Part shown: in pieces, positions 26,548 to 32,000 of the stretch
How the letters are laid out: the number at the start of each line of letters is the position of its first letter
How positions within the stretch are numbered: the stretch's first letter is position 1
From: Demequinaceae bacterium
GTDB lineage: Bacteria > Actinomycetota > Actinomycetes > Actinomycetales > Demequinaceae
Direction: 5' to 3'
Assembly (NCBI GenBank): GCA_965250005.1
Contig: OZ252279.1
Span: 240,001-272,000, forward strand
DNA length: 32,000 bases
The notes under the pieces: generated by a model
Database searches by the model: none
Seen by the model: only the letters and a program-made list of their open reading frames with translations
What the model was told of the DNA's origin: nothing
Position numbers and translations under genes: made by a program

Positions 26548-27027
26548 ATGAGCGCACTGCACAAGGCAATGGTGTACCTGGGCTTCAGCGCGGATAGGCA
26601 CGAGGAGTACGACTACACCGAAGACGATCTAGCCCCCGTAACGCAGTTGCACGAGGTCTCTGCCGTGCACGCTGGGTCGAGCGGGCGCCGCAGTTCTGGC
26701 GAACACGGCGAGAGAGGGCATAACCCCGGAGGCCACAGTGCCTCGGATTTGCGCCGTATTCAGACGGTCAAGCCCAGCACGTATAACGACGCGCGTGTTA
26801 TTGGCGAGGCATTCCGACAGGGTGTCCCCGTCATCATGAACCTCACTGAGATGCCAGAAGACGAGGCGAAGCGGCTCGTGGACTTTGCAGCCGGATTGAG
26901 CTTTGGGCTACAGGGCTCACTCGAGCGCGTCACGACGTCCGTGTTCCTGCTCTCGCCCGCGCACGTGGAGATCGGCCTCGACACTCCTGCCGTTGCGCCG
27001 GATCCCGGCTTCTACAACCACGGCTAG
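26548..27027 (+). CDS. sepF: Cell division protein SepF
   Basis: MSALHKAMVYLGFSADRHEEYDY N-terminal membrane-binding-type helix; VKPSTYNDARVIGEAFRQGVPVIMNLTEMPEDEAKRLVDFAAGLSFGLQGSLERVTTSVFLLSPAHVEI core domain. GGAGG upstream of ATG 26548. Confidence 0.95.
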   Translation: MSALHKAMVYLGFSADRHEEYDYTEDDLAPVTQLHEVSAVHAGSSGRRSSGEHGERGHNPGGHSASDLRRIQTVKPSTYNDARVIGEAFRQGVPVIMNLTEMPEDEAKRLVDFAAGLSFGLQGSLERVTTSVFLLSPAHVEIGLDTPAVAPDPGFYNHG

Positions 27028-27032
27028 CGTCA

Positions 27033-27326
27033 ATGGACTTCCTCATCAACCTGCTCCAACTGGCTGTCTTCGTATTCTGGTTGATGCTGTTTGGCCGCCT
27101 TGCGGTGAGCCTCATCATGATGTTCGCGCGCGACTGGCGACCACGCGGCCCAGCGCTCGTGCTGACCGAAGTCGTCATGTCCGTCACGGACCCCCCGATG
27201 CGGTTTCTCCGGTCGATCCTGCCAGAGATTACGTTAGGCAATGTTCGCTTCGATCTGAGCATCCTCGTGCTGTTCATGGCGTGCACGCTAACTCTGATGG
27301 TGCTGGCATCGGTCTCGAGCTCGTGA
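27033..27326 (+). CDS. yggT: YggT family membrane protein
   Basis: 97 aa with two TM segments, YggT-type layout (SLIMMFARDWRPRGPALVLTEVVMSVTDPPMRFLRSILP), between sepF and divIVA. Confidence 0.88.
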   Translation: MDFLINLLQLAVFVFWLMLFGRLAVSLIMMFARDWRPRGPALVLTEVVMSVTDPPMRFLRSILPEITLGNVRFDLSILVLFMACTLTLMVLASVSSS

Positions 27327-27401
27327 GGCACGTGTGACGTATAGTGAGGTGCTTGAGGGGAATCTCTCGCACCACGATGAGGATTGAGGACGGAACGGGA
27401 C

Positions 27402-27959
27402 ATGGCGTTGCTCACGGCCGAAGACGTACTGAACAAGTCGTTTTCGAAGACGAAGTACCGTGAAGGCTTCGATCAGGACGAGGTCGACGACTTCCTCGAC
27501 GAGGTAGCCGCCGCAATCAGTGCTTTGACCGAGGAGCGCGACCGTCTTAAGGCCGATCTGGACTCGGGTGGAGGGTCCGGAGGTTCCTCTACGCCCGCAA
27601 GCGCCTTGTTGTCTGCCGCGACAGACACCGCGAACCCGCCCTCGCCCGCCAGCATGCTCGCCATGGCTCAGAAGCTTCACGACGACTATGTTCGCTCGGG
27701 AGAAGAAGAGAAGGAACGCATCGTTTTCGACGCCAAGACCGAGGCAGACCGGATCCGCGCTCGAGCGGACCGCGACGCGCAGGACCGCCTCGCAAACCTG
27801 GGCACCGAGCGCGCCGACCTCGAGCGCAAAATAGATGACCTCAGGCGATTCGAGCGCGACTATCGCGCCCGCCTAAAGACGTACATGGAGAATCTGCTCG
27901 GCGACCTAGACCACGGCGCGGGCAAGGACCGGATGCCCAATTCTGCGCCCACGCTATAA
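27402..27959 (+). CDS. divIVA: DivIVA/Wag31 polar growth protein
   Basis: MALLTAEDVLNKSFSKTKYREGFDQDEVDDFLDEVAAAISALTEERDRL N-terminal DivIVA domain, C-terminal coiled coil, sepF-yggT-divIVA context. Confidence 0.93.
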   Translation: MALLTAEDVLNKSFSKTKYREGFDQDEVDDFLDEVAAAISALTEERDRLKADLDSGGGSGGSSTPASALLSAATDTANPPSPASMLAMAQKLHDDYVRSGEEEKERIVFDAKTEADRIRARADRDAQDRLANLGTERADLERKIDDLRRFERDYRARLKTYMENLLGDLDHGAGKDRMPNSAPTL

Positions 27960-28020
27960 CCCGTCGCGTTGATATCGCGCGGGAAGGCGACTATTGTCGC
28001 TGACCTACACAAGGAGAGCC

Positions 28021-28473
28021 ATGACTAGCACGGACGTCACCATCATCGTGGTTGACCCCTCGGACGTGAAAGCTACCGACTCCAAGGCAATGATCGTCCG
28101 TGAGGGCGAAGAGCCATGGAGGGTCGCTGAACTTCGCGCCATCGTCAAGACTCTCAACTCGGACGTCCAACGTCTGGTGGAAGAAGTCGCAGACACGGAG
28201 CAAGAGCTTGACGACCTGCTACATACCGCCGAAGGCGCTGGCGATGATCAAGCCGACGCTGGCTCCACGGCGCTCGAGCGCGAGCAAGAAATGTCAATCG
28301 TCAACAACACGCGCGACATGTTGGAGCAGAGCGTTGGCGCGCTCCGACGCATCCAGCAGCACCATTTTGGTACCTGTGCCGTGTGCGGCGAGGGTATCGG
28401 CAAGGCGCGCCTGATGGCGTTCCCTCGTGCTACTCACTGCGTGACGTGCAAGCAGCGCGAAGAGCGCCGCTAA
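28021..28473 (+). CDS. TraR/DksA-family C4 zinc-finger protein
   Basis: C-terminal [35 protein letters not shown] (CxxC...CxxC), preceded by coiled-coil region; AAGGAGAG before ATG 28021. Confidence 0.88.
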   Translation: MTSTDVTIIVVDPSDVKATDSKAMIVREGEEPWRVAELRAIVKTLNSDVQRLVEEVADTEQELDDLLHTAEGAGDDQADAGSTALEREQEMSIVNNTRDMLEQSVGALRRIQQHHFGTCAVCGEGIGKARLMAFPRATHCVTCKQREERR

Positions 28474-28991
28474 GGTTTCTGCCAGCCGTCTGGCTGGTAG
28501 CCGTCCTTGTCGCCGCATTCGATCAGCTCTCCAAGTTTTGGGCGGTCAACAACCTCGCGGATGGCGGCCGCGTAGATCTCCTCGGAGACTGGCTCGGGCT
28601 TGAGTTGGTCTACAACTCGGGCGCTGCGTTTTCGCTGCTCGACGGCGCGACGTGGGTAGTCACCGTTGTGATGCTTACGGTCACGGGCGCCCTGATCTGG
28701 TATCACGGTCGTGCGCGCGGAAGGCTCGCGATTGGACTCTTCGGAGCGGCGTTGGGCGGTGCCGCCGGCAACCTTATTGACCGCTTGGTTCGAGACGACG
28801 GATGGGGTCGCGGAGCTGTCGTTGACATGATCAACTACGGCGATCAATTCGTGGGCAACGTGGCCGATATCGCGATCGTCGGGGCGGCGGCCGTCGCCGT
28901 TTTGGCTTCGTGGCGCGGGAAAGTGCTCATGGATCCGCAACTGTCGTCGGCGTCGCCAGGCGCAGGCGCAGGCGCAGGCGCCGCGACGTGA
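28446..28991 (+). CDS. lspA: Lipoprotein signal peptidase LspA (signal peptidase II)
   Basis: [56 protein letters not shown] (catalytic Asp motifs). Start GTG 28446 is a best guess; it overlaps the upstream gene by 28 nt. Confidence 0.93.
   Translation: MQAARRAPLRFLPAVWLVAVLVAAFDQLSKFWAVNNLADGGRVDLLGDWLGLELVYNSGAAFSLLDGATWVVTVVMLTVTGALIWYHGRARGRLAIGLFGAALGGAAGNLIDRLVRDDGWGRGAVVDMINYGDQFVGNVADIAIVGAAAVAVLASWRGKVLMDPQLSSASPGAGAGAGAAT
28957..28980 (+). repeat. Four perfect tandem copies of CAGGCG at the 3' end of lspA
   Basis: CAGGCG x4; in the lspA frame it encodes (GA)n: [11 protein letters not shown]. Confidence 0.9.
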
Positions 28992-29905
28992 GCGAGACGC
29001 GCCGACTCCCTGTCCCTGACGGACTGCTAGGCGAGCGTGCCGATGCGGGCGTGGCCCGGATGCTCGGAGTCAGCCGCACCAAGGCTGCCGCGATGCTGGC
29101 GGCGGGCCACGTGATCTTCAATGGTGCAGGCATTGGCAAGTCTGATCGGCTCGAGGACGGCACGATAGAAATCACGCTTCCAGATGAGCCCGTCACCGGG
29201 CCTGAGCCCGAGATTCCGGGCGGGCTGACCACGGTCTATGAGGACGACGAACTGCTCGTGATCGACAAGCCTGTTGGGGTGGCTGCCCATCCGTCACCGG
29301 GCTGGAACGGTCCCACCGTGGCCGGATCCTTGGCGTCAGCGGGAACGACGCTCGCCAGCGCGGGCGCAGCAGAGAGGCAAGGGATCGTGCACCGGCTCGA
29401 TGTGGGAACGTCGGGTCTCATGGTCGTCGCCAAGACGGATCGCGCGTACAGCGTGCTCAAGGACGCGTTCCGCAGCCGCACGATTGACAAGACGTACCAC
29501 GCGATCGTGCAGGGCCACCCCGATCCAACGGAGGGCACGATTGACGCCCCCATCGGGCGGCACCCGACCGCGGACTACAAGTTCGCCGTGATCGCCGAGG
29601 GCCGGCCCTCGATAACCCATTACTCGGTGATGGAGATGATGCCAGCGGCGTCGCTTCTCGACATCAAACTGGAAACCGGGCGCACCCATCAGATCCGGGT
29701 GCATATGGCGGCGCTACGGCACCCGCTGGTAGGGGACCTCACATACGGCGCGGACCCGACGCTCGCCAAGCGGGCGGGACTTTCCCGTCAGTGGCTCCAC
29801 GCCGTCAAGCTCGGTTTCGATCATCCGGCAACCGGTTCGCGGCTCGAAGTCGAGAGCACCTACCCAGCGGACCTTGCTGGCGCGCTTGACACGCTGCGAG
29901 GCTAG
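28988..29905 (+). CDS. rluD: RluA/RluD-family 23S rRNA pseudouridine synthase
   Basis: S4-like N-terminus ([18 protein letters not shown]), [37 protein letters not shown] (catalytic HRLD), [27 protein letters not shown] overlap with lspA; ORF-track start 28910 is inside lspA. Confidence 0.93.
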   Translation: MSETRRLPVPDGLLGERADAGVARMLGVSRTKAAAMLAAGHVIFNGAGIGKSDRLEDGTIEITLPDEPVTGPEPEIPGGLTTVYEDDELLVIDKPVGVAAHPSPGWNGPTVAGSLASAGTTLASAGAAERQGIVHRLDVGTSGLMVVAKTDRAYSVLKDAFRSRTIDKTYHAIVQGHPDPTEGTIDAPIGRHPTADYKFAVIAEGRPSITHYSVMEMMPAASLLDIKLETGRTHQIRVHMAALRHPLVGDLTYGADPTLAKRAGLSRQWLHAVKLGFDHPATGSRLEVESTYPADLAGALDTLRG

Positions 29906-29943
29906 CGCTTGCGGTTGCGCGCGGCGCCTGCGACGCTGAACTC

Positions 29944-30417
29944 ATGATTCAAGTACTCCCCGTGACCACCCCGGAGCAGTTGGACCAGGCGATGGCTGTG
30001 AGATTCGAGGTCTTCGTGAACGAGCAGGGCGTATCGGTTGAGGGCGAGCGCGATGCACTTGACGACGACCCGGGCACCTTGCACTGCATCGTCTACGACG
30101 GCGACGGGTGCATCGGGGCTGGTCGCCTGCTGGCTCCCGTCGCGGGTGAGAACGGTGACGATGGCAACCCGCACATCGGCCGCGTGGCAGTGTCCAAGAA
30201 TGTGCGCGTGGGCGGTGTGGGCAGGATGATCATGGATTTTCTTGAGGCGGCGGCTCTCGACATGTTCGGGCACAACGGCGAAGTGCGCATCGAGTTGAGC
30301 GCTCAGGATCAGGCGATCGGCTTTTACAAGAAGATCGGTTACACGGTTGTGGGCGATCCGTACCTGGACGAGGGAATCGCGCATCATGACGCCCATAAAG
30401 ATTTGCGCGTCCGCTAA
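29944..30417 (+). CDS. GNAT family N-acetyltransferase
   Basis: VRFEVFVNEQGVSVEGERDALDDDPGTLHCIVYDGDGCIGAGRLL...GNPHIGRVAVSKNVRVGGVGRMIMDFLE...LSAQDQAIGFYKKIGYTVVGDPYLDEGIAHHDAHKDL. Confidence 0.9.
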   Translation: MIQVLPVTTPEQLDQAMAVRFEVFVNEQGVSVEGERDALDDDPGTLHCIVYDGDGCIGAGRLLAPVAGENGDDGNPHIGRVAVSKNVRVGGVGRMIMDFLEAAALDMFGHNGEVRIELSAQDQAIGFYKKIGYTVVGDPYLDEGIAHHDAHKDLRVR

Positions 30418-30477
30418 CTCGTGACACAGCCGGGCCAGGCGCGAACGGCGTCGGCTGGCGCACCTAGAATCGAGTCC

Positions 30478-32000
30478 ATGCCTGGCAAGGACTTCGTCCA
30501 TCTACACGTTCACACGGAATACTCCATGCTGGACGGCGCTGCCCGCCTGGACGACCTCTTCGAGGAAGCGAAATCGCTGGGCCAGAGCGCGATGGCGACC
30601 ACGGACCATGGGTTCGTCTTTGGGGCCTACGATTTCTGGTCGAAGGCCAGGCGCGCCGGTATCAAGCCGGTCATCGGAGTCGAGGCCTACCTGACACCTG
30701 GAACGGCCCGCGCCGACCGGACCCGCGTGAAGTGGGGGAACCAGACGCAGGCGTCGGACGATGTCTCCGCGGGCGGGGCCTACACGCACATGACGATGTG
30801 GGCCAAAAACACAGCCGGCATGCACAACCTGTTCCGGATGGCGAGCCACGCGTCGCTCGAAGGCCAGTTCTACAAGCCGCGCATGGACCGCGAGTTGCTC
30901 AACAACTATGGCGATGGCCTGATCGCCACCACTGGATGCCCGTCAGGAGAAGTCCAAACTCGCATGCGGCTGGGACAGTACGACGAGGCAGTGAAGGCCG
31001 CGGGCGAGTTCCAGGATGTGTTCGGGCGGGAGAGTTTCTACGTCGAACTCATGGACCACGGCATCGACATCGAGAAGCGCGTCATCGAGGACCTGTTGCA
31101 ACTCTCGAAGGACATTGGCGCTCCGCTGCTGGCAACAAATGACCTGCACTACGCGCGCAAGGGTGACGCGCACGCGCACGAAGCACTGCTGTGCGTGCAA
31201 TCCGGCAAGACCCTCGCGGACCCGGACCGCTTCAGATTTGACGGCAACGACTACTTCCTCAAGAGCGCCGAGGCAATGCGGGCCATGTGGGCCGATCACC
31301 CCGACGCGTGCGACAACACCCTGGTGGTGGCAGAGCAGTGCGACGTCGAGTTCAACACTGCCGCAGATTACATGCCTCGCTTCGAGTGCCCGGCCGGAGA
31401 AGACGAACACTCATGGTTCGTCAAGGAAGTCCAGCGCGGGCTCGCGGAGCGCTACCGTGGAGCCGTCCCGGCTCATGTGCAGGAGCGCGCAGATTTCGAG
31501 ATCGGCGTCATTTCAGACAAGGGATACCCCGGGTACTTCCTCGTAGTCGCTGACTTTGTTCGCTGGGCCAAGGACAACGGCATCCGGGTAGGGCCGGGTC
31601 GCGGCTCCGGAGCGGGCTCGATGGCCGCCTACTCCATGGGGATCACCGACCTCGACCCCATCGTCCACGGTCTGTACTTTGAGCGCTTCCTCAACCCGGA
31701 GAGGCTCTCCAAGCCCGACTTCGATATTGACTTTGACGAGCGTAGGCGCGGCGAGGTGATCCGCTACGTGAGCGACAAGTACGGCGAGGACAAAGTCGCC
31801 CAGATCGTCACGTACGGCACCATTAAAGCCAAGCAGGCGCTCAAGGACGCCGCACGTGTGCTCGGCAAGCCCTACTCGCTTGGCGAGCAGCTGACCAAGG
31901 CGTACCCGGAGCCGGTTCAGGGCCGGGACCTCGCGCTCGGCAAGGTCTACGACAAGACGGACGACCGCTACTCCGAGGGCGGCGACTTCCGCACCCTTGT
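30478..32000 (+). CDS. dnaE: DNA polymerase III subunit alpha, N-terminal part (truncated by right edge)
   Basis: Manual translation: MPGKDFVHLHVHTEYSMLDGAARLDDLFEEAKSLG (PHP domain), MATTDHGFVFGAYDFW, GCPSGEVQTRM, VGPGRGSGAGSMAAYSMGITDLDPI, FERFLNPERLSKPDFDIDFDERRRGEVIRYVSDKYGEDKVAQIVTYGTIKAKQALKDAARVLG. Open to the window end, hence absent from the ORF track. Confidence 0.97.
   Translation, partial: MPGKDFVHLHVHTEYSMLDGAARLDDLFEEAKSLGQSAMATTDHGFVFGAYDFWSKARRAGIKPVIGVEAYLTPGTARADRTRVKWGNQTQASDDVSAGGAYTHMTMWAKNTAGMHNLFRMASHASLEGQFYKPRMDRELLNNYGDGLIATTGCPSGEVQTRMRLGQYDEAVKAAGEFQDVFGRESFYVELMDHGIDIEKRVIEDLLQLSKDIGAPLLATNDLHYARKGDAHAHEALLCVQSGKTLADPDRFRFDGNDYFLKSAEAMRAMWADHPDACDNTLVVAEQCDVEFNTAADYMPRFECPAGEDEHSWFVKEVQRGLAERYRGAVPAHVQERADFEIGVISDKGYPGYFLVVADFVRWAKDNGIRVGPGRGSGAGSMAAYSMGITDLDPIVHGLYFERFLNPERLSKPDFDIDFDERRRGEVIRYVSDKYGEDKVAQIVTYGTIKAKQALKDAARVLGKPYSLGEQLTKAYPEPVQGRDLALGKVYDKTDDRYSEGGDFRTL

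Noticed and set aside
27327-27401. Possible regulatory element between yggT and divIVA
   Set aside because: Only a weak purine-rich stretch and no convincing dyad or promoter pair by eye; not enough to claim a site.
1-32000. CRISPR array, transposon, prophage, toxin-antitoxin, defence island or tRNA/rRNA genes
   Set aside because: No regularly spaced repeat-spacer pattern, transposase/integrase motifs, cloverleaf-like segment or anomalous gene content seen. Almost all space is occupied by conserved housekeeping genes.

Overview
High-GC actinobacterial chromosomal window dominated by a nearly complete, collinear division/cell-wall (dcw) cluster on the + strand: mraZ, rsmH(mraW), ftsL-like, ftsI-type PBP, murE, murF, mraY, murD, ftsW, murG, murC, ftsQ, ftsZ, pgeF/yfiH, sepF, yggT, divIVA/wag31, a TraR/DksA zinc-finger gene, lspA, rluD-type pseudouridine synthase, a GNAT gene, and the 5' part of dnaE running off the right edge. 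Left of mraZ, on the - strand, is a MoxR ATPase, DUF58, TgpA-like transglutaminase gene set. Further left are a DUF3040 gene, a spermidine-synthase-like gene, a cold-shock gene, a PAC2-family gene, a HelD/HelR-type RNA polymerase-associated helicase and a small membrane-anchored matrixin-like zinc protease. The 5' end of a serA-like gene (- strand) is at the left edge. I do not see a mobile element, CRISPR array, tRNA/rRNA or an evident new multi-gene system. The best second-look signals are non-coding: five 10-bp-phased GTGG repeats directly upstream of mraZ (candidate MraZ operator), a 9-bp-stem hairpin with an ACUUCCCC loop before rsmH (matches my recollection of the mraW RNA motif), an inverted repeat upstream of ftsZ, two structured elements in the csp leader, and a -10-like TAGAAT placed so that dnaE could be leaderless. 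Two real genes (left-edge serA, right-edge dnaE) are absent from the supplied ORF track.
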